NCBI GenBank assembly: GCA_951406725.2
Contig: OX597840.1
Span: 35,464,001 to 35,528,000, forward strand
From: Octopus vulgaris
Lineage: Eukaryota
Direction: 5' to 3'
DNA length: 64,000 nt
Part shown: piece after piece, positions 1 through 15,013 of the stretch
Layout of the letters: each line of letters opens with the position of its first letter
Position numbering within the stretch: position 1 is the stretch's first letter
Notes under the pieces: model-generated
What the model saw: only the letters and a program-made list of their open reading frames with translations
The model's database searches: none
What the model was told of the DNA's origin: nothing
Program-made: the position numbers and the translations under genes

Positions 1-144
1 AAATTATGTTTGTTTTAAAACTTGAGATTACATAGAAAGTATTTTGCGTAGGATATGAGCAGTTCCCTTGAGCACTATCTTTTGAATTTCTGCCATTATG
101 GGGTTTCCTGTTGTCTGAGTTAGGTAGCAATCAGCCCCTTTTGC

Positions 145-148
<4 letters not shown>
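1..148 (-). mobile_element. 3' end fragment of a Dong/R4-clade (RLE) non-LTR retrotransposon
   Basis: Minus strand reads IAKGADCYLTQTTGNPIMAEIQKIVLKGTAHILRKILSM*, matching the C-terminus of the RLE element at 35.8 kb (IQKIALLGTAHILR). Abuts (ATT)n. Confidence 0.7.
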
Positions 149-199
<51 letters not shown>

Positions 200-268
200 T
201 ACTTTCAATCTGCATGTTTGTTAAAATCACTCGCCGAGACACACCCAGCGTCCTAGGGCGAGCGAAAG

Positions 269-312
<44 letters not shown>

Positions 313-377
313 CGTTATTGTTGTTGTTGTTGTTGTTTTTGTTGTTGTTGTTGTTGTTGTTATTACTATTGTTATTA

Positions 378-414
<37 letters not shown>

Positions 415-596
415 CGTTATTGTTGTTGTTGCTTTTGTTGTTGTTGTTGTTGTTGTTATTACTATTATTATTATCATTATTATTATTATTATTATTATCG
501 TTATTGTTGTTGTTGTTGTTTTTGTTGTTGTAGTTGTTGTTGTTGTTGTTGTTATTATTATTATTATTATTATCATCATCATCATCATCATCATCA

Positions 597-660
<64 letters not shown>
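146..660. repeat. Compound trinucleotide microsatellite (ATT/GTT/CAT)
   Basis: Directly visible. Confidence 0.95.
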
Positions 661-971
661 GGTGAGGTGGCAGAATTATTTACTGCGCTGGGGAAAATGG
701 TTTGTATCATTTCTTCCGTTCTTTATCTTCAAATGCCACCGTTGTGGCTGTTGTTGTTGTTTCTGTCCAGTTCACTTGACATCTAGCAGAAACTATTGCG
801 ACAAACTTCGCATTGGCATCAACCAATGTATTGATGACTATCTGCTTATATTTTTAATTTTTTTTTTTTTGGCATTTAGCTTTGTTTAATTAGCATTAAC
901 CTAAGACGTCTATAACAGTCCTTCCTAATCTAGTCTTTAATTTGATAAACGTTTCTGATAAATGTAAGTTA

Positions 972-1405
972 TACTAGCCATCTCAATATGGCTAACCACT
1001 AAGGGTGGGTGTTACTGTAGCTTGTAGCCCCAGGAGAACATCGTCTCCAGCTGGCTTTAGGCACACTTTCTGTGCTCTTATGGTATTTGCAAAGGGAGGT
1101 CATCCCTCTCTCGTAAACCTAAGCGACACGCACGGACTGCAGTCTCTAGGTATTTGCCTGTCTTCAGGCAAATATAAGGATTTGTATTGGGACTCCCTTC
1201 ATCAAAAACCGGTGATTGTCGTACGCTGAAGAAACTGCAGTCCGTGCGTGTCACTTAGGTTTACGAAAGAGGAATGACCTCCCTTTGCAAATTCCATAAG
1301 GGCACAGAAATTGTGCCTAAAGCCAGCTGGAGACGATGTTCTCCTGGGGCTACAAGCTACAGTAACACCCACTCTTTGTGGTTAGCCATATTGAGATGGC
1401 TAGTA
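972..1405. mobile_element. Palindromic MITE with ~175-bp inverted arms and TA flanks
   Basis: Arms ~970-1147 and ~1230-1407 are near-perfect reverse complements (tactagccatctcaatatggctaacc... / ...ggttagccatattgagatggctagta). TA on both sides. Confidence 0.8.
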
Positions 1406-1516
1406 TACTTTACGTTGTCGAGCAGTTACTGTTTACATCTCGTTCAGAGATTTATTATTACTTCTGATAAATGTTTAACCAGAAATGCTTGGAATCTTGT
1501 GTCATGGAGGATTTTC

Positions 1517-1558
<42 letters not shown>

Positions 1559-1682
1559 TGTTTGCACCGTTTGGCCCGCATCTGTTACTCTAGTCTTCTA
1601 CGATTCGTGTTCCGATGCCGCTGTTTTGAATACTGTCATCCGTGATGGTGCCTTCGCTGTCCATACACTTATTCTTTTATTC

Positions 1683-1863
1683 TTTTACTTGTTTCCGTCA
1701 TTTTGACTGCGGCCATGCTGGAGCACTGCCTTTTTAAGTCGAGCAAATCGACCCCGGGACTTACTCTTTGTAAACCTAATACTTATTCTATTGGTCTCTT
1801 TTGCCGAACCCCTAAGTTACGGGAACGTAAACACACCAGCACAAACACAGACACACAAACACA

Positions 1864-1954
<91 letters not shown>

Positions 1955-1989
1955 GTTGACTAGAAAGGATTAAAAAAAGTAGACTTCGT

Positions 1990-2049
<60 letters not shown>

Positions 2050-2214
2050 TACTATGGGCTTCTTTCAGTTTCCGTCTACCAAATCCACTCACAAGGCTTT
2101 GGTCGGCCCGAGGCTATAGTAGAAGACACTACCCCAAGGTGCCACGCAGTGGGATTGAACCCGGAACCATGTGGTTGGTAAGCAAGCTACCTACCACACA
2201 GCCACTCCTACGCC
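1683..2214 (-). mobile_element. tRNA-derived SINE family A (octopus type) with internal (CA)/(TA) expansion
   Basis: Reverse complement of the full copy at 21820-22240; A/B-box head near 2140-2210. Confidence 0.85.
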
Positions 2215-2476
2215 TTCTATACAATTCTTGTACTTCTCTTACCGTTGGTGCTGCCTTATTTTCTTTATTCCTTAATTCTTTTACTTGTTTCAGGTCATTT
2301 AACTGCGGCCATGGAAAACCCCTTATTTCTATGTTATTTTTACCAAATTCTTTACAAATTCATTTTAGGGTTAGAGTCGAACTATTATTTGTTCTCTGTC
2401 GTTCTTTTACACCAACGGATTCTTTGGGATTTAGCGAGTATTATTTTTTTCATGCGGCCTTTGATTTTGAATACTG

Positions 2477-2582
<106 letters not shown>

Positions 2583-2669
2583 ATATATATGTATATATAT
2601 GACCTCGTGTGTACCATTGGCGATTTTTTTTTCCTCTGTCTTCCTTCTCTGGATCTTTCCGTCTCCTAT

Positions 2670-2704
2670 GTTTCCGACGAAGAGCTCCGCTCGAAACGTT
2701 AAAC
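2670..2704 (+). ncRNA. Minimal hammerhead-like motif (core CCGACGA) in a ~210-bp element between (TA)n tracts
   Basis: gttt-CCGACGA-a-gagc-tcc-gctc-GAAA-cgtt-aaac: stem I gttt/aaac, stem II gagc/gctc, palindromic AACGTT in place of stem III. Confidence 0.6.
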
Positions 2705-2800
2705 CCTCCTTCTTTCCTTCTTTCCCGAGCGTCCAATAATACCATATTTGTTCCACGTCCTCTCGTTGTTGTGTTTTTATGTGCTTTCTTGTTTGGATTA

Positions 2801-2903
<103 letters not shown>

Positions 2904-3132
2904 TTCATATTTTCATCTCCATCCATCCATCTATCTGTGATACACGATCCCTAATGATCGTTTTTTTCTCTTTTTTTCTTTCTTTTCTCTTTCTCTTTCT
3001 TTTTTCTTTCCTTTTTACGATCCCTTTTGATCGAAAACCTAACCCCATCATTTTTTTTCACCCCAAAAAGAAAAGCTCTACCTTGTAATTTGTCCCGTTT
3101 GTGTGCAGCCCTGTGTGGCTAATAAAGAAACA

Positions 3133-3205
<73 letters not shown>

Positions 3206-3918
3206 GTCTGTCTGTCTGTCTGTCTATCAAAATAAGCAACAAGGATATCCAGAGATAATGGATATCCTTGTTGCTTATTTTGATTTTAATCACCTTATTT
3301 TGAGATTGTATGGATAATACCATACTAAATTCTGGTGCCTTTAACTTAAGTACCATATTCATTCGAATCTAAATTTTTATTGAACTTATTTATCTATCTA
3401 TCTATCTGGCTTCCGGTCCCCTATAAAAACCATTTGGCGCATAGCTTAGAGCGCAGACGCCCAACAGACCACAAATCTCCTCAGAGATTTGCGCAAATGA
3501 CCGTGTATCTTTGCGTTGTCACGCAAATATCCTTCTATAATTTACAGAGCGGTTTTTCTCTCTCCCAGTCGACCATTATTAATATGGTCATCGTAAATAG
3601 TAAACACTCAATGTTTTTACGTCCGTCAATAAATATTTCAGTTTAATGTTCGCGACTTTGCATCAGTTATTATTCACGAAGTCAACGACGTAGATATTTA
3701 TTGATCAACGCAATTTGAGCGACAGCAACCACCAGAGACATTGGAGACCCTCGGCTTACGAAAAGGCCATGTCGCTGGGGGAAACTGCTGTCGTACGAAC
3801 TGCGTTGGTCAATGGAAACATATTTCGTTGGCTGCATAAATAATATCTGAGGTAAAGTCGCAAAAATTTGTCTGAAATATTTGTCTGAGTATAGGATATA
3901 TATAATGTATGTATATAT

Positions 3919-5268
3919 ATTTCTTTACTGCCCACAAGGGGCTAAACACAGAGGGGACAAACAAGGACAGACAAACGGATAAAGTCGATTATATCAACCC
4001 CAGTGCGTACGTAACTGGTACGTAATTTATCGACCCCCAAAGGATGAAAGGCAAAGTCGACCTCGGCGGAATTTGAACTCAGAACGTAGCGGCAGACGAA
4101 ATACCTATTTCTTTACTACCCACAAGGGGCTAAACACAGAGGGGACAAACAAGGACAGACAAACGGATTAAGTCGAATACATCGACCCCAGTGGGTAACT
4201 GGTACTTAATTTATCGACCCTGAAAGGATGAAAGGCAAAGTCGACCTCGGCGAAATTTGAACTCAGAACGTAACGGCAGACGAAATACCTATTTCTTTAC
4301 TGCCTACAAGGGGCTAAACACAGAGGGGACAAACAAGAACAAACAAACGGATTAAGTCTATTGAATCGACCCCAGTGCATAACTGGTACTTATATAATCG
4401 ACCCCAAGAGGATGAAAGCAAAGTTGGCCTCGGCGGAATTTGAACACAGAACTTAAAGACAGACGAAATACCTATTTCTTTACTATCCACAGAGGGGACA
4501 AACAAGGATAGAGAAACGGATTAAGTCGATTATATCGACCCCCAGTGCATAACTGGTACTTATTTAATAGACCCCGAAAGGATGAAAGCCAAAGTCGACC
4601 TCGGCGGAATTTGAACTCAGAACGTAACGGCAGACGAAATACCTATTTCTTTACTGCCCACAAGGGGCTAAACACAGAGGGGACAAACAAGGACAGACAA
4701 ACGGATTAAGTCGATTATATCGACCCCCAGTGCATAACTGGTACTTATTTAAAAGACCCCGAAAGGATGAAAGCCAAAGTCGACCTCGGCGGAATTTGAA
4801 CTCAGAACGTAACGGCAGACGATATACCTATTTCTTTACCACCCACAAGGGGCTAAACACAGAGGGGACAAACAAAGACAGACAAACGGATTAAGTCGAT
4901 TATATCGACCCCAGTGTGCAACTGGTACTTAATTTATCGACCCCAAAAGGATGAAAAGCAAAGTTGACCTCGGCGGAATTTGAACTCAGAACGTAACGGC
5001 AAACGAAATACCGCTCAGCATTTCGCCCGGCGTGCTAACGTTTCTTATTTCTTTATTGCTCACAAGGGGCTAAACACAGAGGGGACAAAGAAATTGAGTC
5101 GGTTACACCGACCCCAGTACGTAACTGGTACTTGATTTATCGACCCCGGAAGGATGACAGGCAAAGTCGACCTCGGCGGAATTTGAACTCAGAACGTAGC
5201 GGCAGACGAAATACGGTTACGCATTTCGTCCGACGTGCTAACGTTTCTGCCAGCTAGCCGCCTTCATG
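3919..5268 (-). mobile_element. Head-to-tail heptamer of tRNA-derived SINE family B (Meta-like central domain)
   Basis: Seven ~175-220-bp units; one full head (ggcggctagctggcagaaacg on the minus strand) at ~5262. 18-bp direct flank tataatgtatgtatatat at 3901-3918 and 5269-5286. Confidence 0.9.
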
Positions 5269-5324
5269 TATAATGTATGTATATATTCATCTACCTCGGT
5301 TTGAATGCGTGTGTGTGTGCGTGC

Positions 5325-5381
<57 letters not shown>

Positions 5382-5406
5382 TTTGTGTTTGATTCTCTGC
5401 TTGTCT

Positions 5407-5459
<53 letters not shown>

Positions 5460-5484
5460 GTAGATAGATGTATTTTTATTGAAC

Positions 5485-5526
<42 letters not shown>

Positions 5527-5978
5527 GTCTGTGTGTCCTCCACTTAACAATTGTTGTTTTAGGTACTCAGATATGTCGGTTTGTGCACGCGCGTGTCTGT
5601 GTGAACGTGTGTGCATGCGTGCGTCCGTGCGTGCGTATGCGTGTGTGTGTGTGTGTTCGTGTGTGTGTGTTCGTGTGTGTCCGTGTGCGCACGCTTCTGT
5701 ACTTCGCTGTGATCGTGCGTCATAGCTCGGCGCCTGTCTCCTCCAGACTACAATCGCTGGTTGTTTTAGCGACTCAATTATCTCCGCAAAGGAATGACAG
5801 GCAATCCTCAAAGAAAGACAAAACAAAACAACAAAATAATAGACAATGAATAAAACAAAACAAAAAAATAAATAAAAGTAAAGCTGGAAAATTCTCCTCA
5901 ACCGAGATTCGATCCCAGATTGATGGATGTCAAATAATCCATCAATTCCCATCAACACTTTGTTCCTTTCTATCCTCG

Positions 5979-7490
<1,512 letters not shown>

Positions 7491-7930
7491 GGATGGCGGT
7501 GATGTTTCTGTTGTTGCTGTTGAAGCATCCGGCTTTCATAGGAAGCAGAAACGGCAGAAAGTTGGCACAGTTTACCGAAGGGGAGTTCCCGCCTGCCACC
7601 ACCACCCCCTCTCTCAGAACAACAACAACAACAACAGGAGCAACAACAATAACAACAACAGGAGCAACAGTAACAGTGGGAACTTACCGGAGTGCTTACG
7701 GAACCGTGCAACCTGTCAAGAAATAGCAGCCAAAATCCTTTCAAAATTCGTATCTTACTGCTTTTAAAGAGAAAGAGAAGAAGGCATGTTGGATAGCGTG
7801 AGCCGAGATGGTTTGTAACAGATGCGTGGAGGGTTGAGTGCTGAATGGTCGCAGCTGGATAAGGAATGGGTTTTGACAACATGACAGTTCCTTAGGAGAG
7901 AGAGAGAGCGTGATAGATAGATGGATAGGT

Positions 7931-7982
<52 letters not shown>

Positions 7983-7985
7983 ATG

Positions 7986-8039
<54 letters not shown>

Positions 8040-8045
8040 AAGAAG

Positions 8046-8108
<63 letters not shown>

Positions 8109-8553
8109 GGATAGAGAGAGAGAGAGGGATAGATAGATAGACTGATAGATAGATCGGGAGATAGATAGATAGATAGAGAGATAGATAGATAGAGAGGGAG
8201 AGAGAGAGAGAAAGGGTGTGTGTGAGAGAGAGAGAGAAAGGGTGTGTGAGAGAGAGAGAGAAAGGGTGAGAGAGAGAGATAGAGAGAGGTTACAGTTTCA
8301 TACTCGTGCGAATTGCAATACTTCTGGAAGGAAAAACTCTGTAAGGACTCCGTATTGTTGACTGAAGTGGAATAACATTTAGTGATAACATGATAATCCT
8401 GAGTGTTAGTCCAAGTTTCTCATTCTCGATTGCCTTCCTGCGCGTGAACACGGAAGAAAATACCCCTCCACCACGACCACCACCACCAAAACAACAGCAG
8501 CAGCAACAGTAAGAAGTAACGCAAGAACAGGACAGCGGCAACACACTCTTGGC

Positions 8554-9058
8554 ATGCCTGTAAGCAGTGCCATTTCTATAATGGACCTGCTCTACCCTAG
8601 TCCACCGCCTCCTCTATCATCATCATCATCACTATCATCAACAACGCTAACCATAACCGCAACACCACCACCAACACCATCGCCTTCGACTTCAATCTCG
8701 TCATTATCTCCCCTCTACTATTCTTCCCCTGTCTCCTCGCCTGCTTTCCCGTCTCTCATCAATCGCCGCCTCATCGCCAAGTCACCCGAGTCTGCCGACA
8801 CGCTGTACACTCTGCAAGCGGTTCTGGTCACCTTCTACCTGTTGATCTTCCTGTCGGCCGTATCGGGTAACTGCTTGGTCATTCTGACCCTCGTCCAGAA
8901 CAAACGGCTCCGGACTGTCACAAATGTTTTCCTCTTCAATTTGGCCGTCAGCGATTTACTCCTGGCCGTATTTTGTATGCCATTTACCTTGGTGCCGTTT
9001 CTCTTGAGGAATTTCATCTTCGGAACTGCCATGTGCGTGATGATACGTTACCTGCAAG
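8554..9058 (+). CDS. CCKR: Cholecystokinin/sulfakinin-type receptor (class A GPCR), coding exon 1 (N-terminus, TM1-TM2, start of TM3)
   Basis: Translation GNCLVILTLVQNKRLRTVTNVFLFNLAVSDLLLAVFCMPFTL...NFIFG..MC..IRYLQ is typical of CCK receptors. Donor CAAG|GTAAGT at 9058/9059, phase 1. Start could instead be ATG 8581 or an upstream exon. Confidence 0.92.
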
Positions 9059-9074
9059 GTAAGTCGTTCTCTAA

Positions 9075-9107
<33 letters not shown>

Positions 9108-9241
9108 CGTCTGTCTATCTATCTGTCTGTCTGTCTGTCTGTCTGTCTGTATCTATCTAGCTAGCTAGCTGTCTGTCTGTCCGTCTGTGTCTGTGTGTCT
9201 ATCTATCTATCTATCTATCTACCGACCTACTTATCTATCTA

Positions 9242-9298
<57 letters not shown>

Positions 9299-9435
9299 CT
9301 ATCTATCTCTCTCTCTCTCTCTCTCTCTCACACTTTCTCTCTATCTACCTACCTACCTACCTCCCTACCTATCTACCTACCTACATACCTACCTACCTAC
9401 CTATCTACCTGTCTATATATCTATATCTATATCTT

Positions 9436-9483
<48 letters not shown>

Positions 9484-9495
9484 CCTACCTATGTT

Positions 9496-9539
<44 letters not shown>

Positions 9540-9842
9540 TAGCTAGCTAGCTATCTACCTATGTCTGTCTGTCTCTATCTATCCATCTATGAATGAACGC
9601 ATGTACTTAAGTATCTTTTATCCTTTTACTTGCTTCGGTTATTAGACTGCGGCCATGCTGGGGCACCGCCTTTAAGAATTTTTAGTTGAAACAATACTTA
9701 TGTGTTTTTTTTTTAAACCTGGTTCTTTCGTTCTCTTTTTGCCGAAACGCTTGAGTTACGTGGATGTAAACACACCAACACCGGTTGTCAAGCGGTGGTG
9801 GGCGACAGACATAGACACGCACACACACACACACACACATAT

Positions 9843-9877
<35 letters not shown>

Positions 9878-9915
9878 TACAAAATTACAGCTACACACAC
9901 ACACACACACATACA

Positions 9916-10116
9916 CGAGGGAGTACTGAAAAGTTCCTGGCTCTGGATTAAAGAAATTCCAAGAGGATCAGTTAATTATGATTCTATTCAGCATATTCCC
10001 CTCTCGGATTCACACATTTATTGCAGTGGTCCTTCAGTTTTTCTAAGCCCTGCAAAAAGAACACGGAAGGCCTTTCACGATGCCCCTAAAGCCATGAACT
10101 TTTCAGCAACCCCTCA
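9916..10116. mobile_element. Mariner-derived MITE
   Basis: TIRs cgagggagtactgaaaagttcctggct / agccatgaacttttcagcaacccctca. Minus strand retains a mariner-like C-terminal NKCVN..GEY motif. Confidence 0.7.
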
Positions 10117-10345
10117 TGTGAACACACACACACGCACACATATGTGTGTGTGTAATATATATATATACATATGCATGTATGTATACATATGTATATATAT
10201 ATGTATGTGTATGTGTGTCGGTATGAGTTGCGGGTTAAGTAACCCAATTAATAAACAGATATAATTAAATGTTTTCAGGCTGATGTTTGTCGATTGTTTA
10301 TCCTCTCCACATTCTTATTCGCCTTATAAATATATATGTATATAT

Positions 10346-10470
<125 letters not shown>

Positions 10471-10877
10471 CGTGTATATATATATGCATGTGTATAGGTG
10501 AGTGCACGCATCGATGTATATATGTATGTGTGTATGTATTTGTGAGTGTACATATGTATATATGTACGTGTGAATGTACGTATATATGTATGCATATATG
10601 AATGTATGTATATGTGTATATATACACGGTATCATTGTGTGTGTGCATATATATATATATATACATATACATACATACATACATACATACATACATACAT
10701 ACATACATGTATATATGTGTGTGTGTGTACGACAGGCTTCTTTCAGTTTCCGTCTACCAAATCCACACACAAGGTTTTGGTCAGCCCGAGGCTATAGCAA
10801 AAGACACTTGCCGAAGGTGTCATGCAGTGGGACTGAACCCGGAACCATGTGGTTGGTAAGCAAGCTACTTACCACAA

Positions 10878-10932
<55 letters not shown>

Positions 10933-11572
10933 CATATGTACACGTATTGTTTTTATCGTTTACTATTTTATTTATTATTTCCTCTTCCTCTTTTTTCTTG
11001 TTCTTCCTCCTCTTCTCTTTCTTCCTCCTTTTGGTGCTTCTCTTTCTCCTTTTCCTTCTTTTCTTTCGTTTCATCATCATCATCATCATCATCACCATCA
11101 CCATCGTCGTCGTCGTCGTCGTCATCATCATGATCATCATGATCATCATCATCATATTCTTCTTTTTCTTCCGTACTCTTCTTCCAATCTTCTTAACTCT
11201 CGTTGTTTAGCCCCAGGTCAAGCCTGATCCAAAGTCTTCCAACCATGGCCATCCTGTCTTTTAATCTGTCTGCATATCCCATACCCTATTACCCAATGTG
11301 TACTTTATTTTCAATTTAGTGAAGCTGTTATCTATAGATTTGGCTGTTCTTTCTAGCAGATCTAATGACCTCGTAGAAGCTCTTCCGTATTCGTTTGTTG
11401 ATATGGGTGATGGTGGTGGTGGTGATGTGATGGTGGTGGTGGTGGTGGTGGTGGTGATGTGATGGTGGTGGTGATGTGATGGTGATGGTAACGGCGGTGG
11501 TGACCACTAGGTTGTTGGGGTTTTCCTCTCACCTGAACCCTACCGGTCTTCCTGGCGGTTGCACATTAATAC

Positions 11573-11621
<49 letters not shown>

Positions 11622-11633
11622 GTAATTATAATA

Positions 11634-11721
<88 letters not shown>

Positions 11722-11756
11722 TGATGATGATAATAATAATAATAATAATAATAATA

Positions 11757-11789
<33 letters not shown>

Positions 11790-11929
11790 GTTATAATTAT
11801 TATAATTCCGTTTATTGGCCACAAGGGGCTAAGAGTATAAAGGACCATGTCAAAGGACAAGATACAACACACAAAACACAAAACAGATGGAGTTCCCATC
11901 GATCAACGGGACATACAAGAAACTCTTTC

Positions 11930-12077
11930 GCCCCAACTTTCTCTCACTCTCTCTCTTCCTGTTTCTTGGGTAACGCTGCGATGGACTGGCATCCCATCCA
12001 GCTGGGGGGAACACATACGCCACAGAAACCGGGAAACTGGGCCCATGAGCCTGGCTAGGCTTGGAAAGGGCGCATGA
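11930..12077 (+). mobile_element. SINE fragment with V-domain-like core
   Basis: gggtaacgctgcgatggactggcatcccatccag resembles the V-SINE conserved domain (from recall). Confidence 0.5.
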
Positions 12078-12092
12078 AAAAAAAATATTATC

Positions 12093-12920
12093 AGGCGGTT
12101 AGCTGGCAGAATCGTTAGCACGCCGGACGAAATGCCTAGCGGTATTTCGTCTGCCGCTATGTTCTGAGTTCAAATTCCGCCAAGGTCGACTTTGCCTTTC
12201 ATCCTTTGGGGGTCGATTAAATAAGGACCAGTTACACACTGGTGTCGATATAAACGACTTAATCCGTTTGTCTGTCCTTGTTTGTCCTCTCTGTGTTTAG
12301 CCCCTTGTGGGTAGTAAAGAAATAGGTATTTCATCTGCCGTTACGTTTTGAGTTCAAATTCCTCCGAGGTCGACTTTTCCTTTTATTCTTTCGGGGTCGA
12401 CAAAATAAGTACCAGTTAAGCCCTGTTCCGATGTAATTGACTATAGACCCTCCCCAAAATTTCAGACCTTGTACTTATTGTAGAAAGAATTTTAAGCTTG
12501 CGAGCTGGCAGAATCGTTACCGCGCCGGACAAATAAAGCTTAGCGGCATTTCTTCTTGGTTTCAATCTCTGCCGACGTCAATTTTGCCCTTCAACCTTTC
12601 GAGGTCGATAAAATAAGTACCAGCTGAGCACTGGGGCTGATATAATCGATTAGACTCCATCTCCCAAAATGTCAAGCCTTGGGCCAATAGGAGAGAGGAT
12701 CATTATTGTTAAAGCGGCGTGATGGCTGAATCGTTAGCGCGTCGGACAAAATGTTTAGCGTCATTTCTTCCGCTTCCGAGTTCAAATTCCGCTGAGGTCG
12801 GTTTTGCCTCTAATTCTTTCACGGTCGATAAAATAAGTACTCGTCGATCCCCCGGGAGAGGAGGACGTAATTGACTTACCCGCACCCTTAGAATTACTAG
12901 CCTCGGGCCAAAACTTGAAA
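12093..12920 (+). mobile_element. Cluster of SINE family B copies (one dimer plus older diverged copies)
   Basis: Repeated gctggcagaatcgttagc...gagttcaaattccgccgaggtcgactttgcctttcatcc...aagtaccag. Confidence 0.8.
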
Positions 12921-12945
12921 CCTTTATTGCTGTTGTTTTCGTGCT

Positions 12946-13104
12946 CACTAGCGTAGCTAAGGGGACGGGGCGGTCCTCTCCTAGCGGTACTTTTAAAGGG
13001 ACGGCACCTTTGGGTCTGCTGTAGGCAATATGTGTTTTTTGCGGGGTTCGGGGGCGGCAAACAGAAGGGCCGCCCGGGCGTCACACAGTTTAGTTACGCT
13101 AGTG
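12946..13104. mobile_element. Short MITE, probably hAT-like
   Basis: TIRs cactagcgtagcta / tagttacgctagtg; TSD degenerate. Confidence 0.5.
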
Positions 13105-13369
13105 CTTGTGGTGTTTCTGCTATAAGAAACCCTCCCAATGGTTCTTTGTGGTTCCCCCTGTTACCATTTTTGGCCTGTATCTCGAACTCTCAGCCATAAA
13201 TATTTCATCCACTACTTTTAAAGACATTTTAATAATTCTCTATAATTTTGTAGCTGAAGTAAATTATATTGGAAGGTGTTTATATTATGAGAACGTAGAA
13301 ACATCGAAAAATATGAAGTGGGTTACTTTTTTATAAGTGAAACTCTAAGTAGATAAAACAATAAGTAGC

Positions 13370-14005
13370 GCTTTCTAATTTTGAGAGGAAGGGCAATAAT
13401 TTTGAGGGGAAGGGCAATAAGTCAATTACACCGACCCCAGTACTTGACCGCCACTTTACTTTATTATGTCGATCCCGAAAGGATGGAAGGCAAAGTTGGT
13501 GTCGGCGAGCTGGCAGAACCGTTAGCACGCCGGGCGAAATGCGTAGCCGTATTTCGTCTGCCGTTACGTTCTGAGTTCTAATTCCGCCGAGGTCGACTTT
13601 GCCTTTCATCCTTTCGGGGTCGATTAAATAAGTACCAGTTGCACACTGGGGTCGATATAATCGACTTAATCCGTTTGTCTGTCCTTGTTTGTCCCCTCTG
13701 TGTTTAACCCCTTGTGGGTAGTAAAGAAATAGGTATTTTGTCTGCCGCTACGTTCTGAGTTCAAATTCCGCCGAGGTCGACTTTGCCTTTCATCCTTTCG
13801 GGATCGATAAATTAAGTACCAGTTGCACACTGGGGTCGATATAATCGACTTAATCCGTTTGTCTGTCCTTGTTTGTTCCCTCTGTGTTTAACCCCTTGTG
13901 GGTAGTAAAGAAATAGGTATATGAAGTCAGAATATAAAGAGCCGGAAAAAATGCCACAAAGCATTTCCTCCGGCTCTCCTTAACCTAACAATTCTAGCAG
14001 CTCGT
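13370..14005 (+). mobile_element. SINE B dimer (+, ~13503-13919) nested in an older minus-strand SINE B copy
   Basis: Head plus two units joined at aaagaaataggtattt. Flanks 13370-13500 and 13920-14005 are the two halves of an inverted copy. Confidence 0.75.
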
Positions 14006-14927
14006 CTATAGATATTATGTAGACTATTGGGCTTTAGAAAAAAAACCTAAGATACAAAGAAAAAGAATTGAAGGCTTCCTGTGAGATTTGAACCCACTTC
14101 TGCTGTATCCATAACAGACTTTCTAACCATTATTCTCTTTTACTCTTTTACTTGTTTCAGTCATTTGACTGCGGCCATGCTGGAGCACCGCCTATAATCG
14201 AGCAACTCGACCCCGGGACTTATTCTTTGTAAGCCCAGTACTTATTCTATCGGTCTCTTTTGCCGAACCGCTAAGTGACGGGGACATAACCACACCAGGA
14301 TCGGTTGTCAAGCAATGCTAGGGGGACAAACACAAACATACACGCACACACATATATACATATATATATACATATATATGCATATATATACATCTATATA
14401 CATATATACGACAACAAAAACATGGAAGATTTCGAGTACTTTTTTCTATCCAGGAGACTTCTTAAACCCAGTATTACACACGCTATTTTGTAACTATTAT
14501 TTATAGCTTTATCTGCTTCGAGCTCCACCGTTAAAAATACACCTGTTATCGCGTCTTCCGGTTTAACACCTCCCTTAGCTATCTTTAGAGGAACTTATAT
14601 CGGTCACATGACTGTCAGTATGTCGCTCTTGTCTAAGGAAAGCTAACTCCACATCTTAAACCGATGCTGCCGCCTGCAACAACCCGTAAGAAAAATGCAC
14701 CGTCGAAAGGTAATTTACTGCGGTACTCGTCCAGAGATGGGGGCAGGCATAGTTGTGTTGTTAACAAGCTTGCTTTACAACAACGCAGTTTCCGGTTCGG
14801 TTCCACTGTGCGGTACCTTGAGCAAATGTCTTCTGCTATAGACCTGCTGGTGTGACTAATGCGCTGTGAGTGAATTTGGTGAGCGGAAACTGCTTGGAAG
14901 CCTATCGTATGAGTTGACATACATACA

Positions 14928-14999
<72 letters not shown>

Positions 15000-15013
15000 A
15001 ATATATATATATA

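Noticed and set aside
3919-5268. CRISPR-like or retrozyme interpretation of the array
   Set aside because: No unique spacers and no hammerhead core on either strand; units are SINE bodies.
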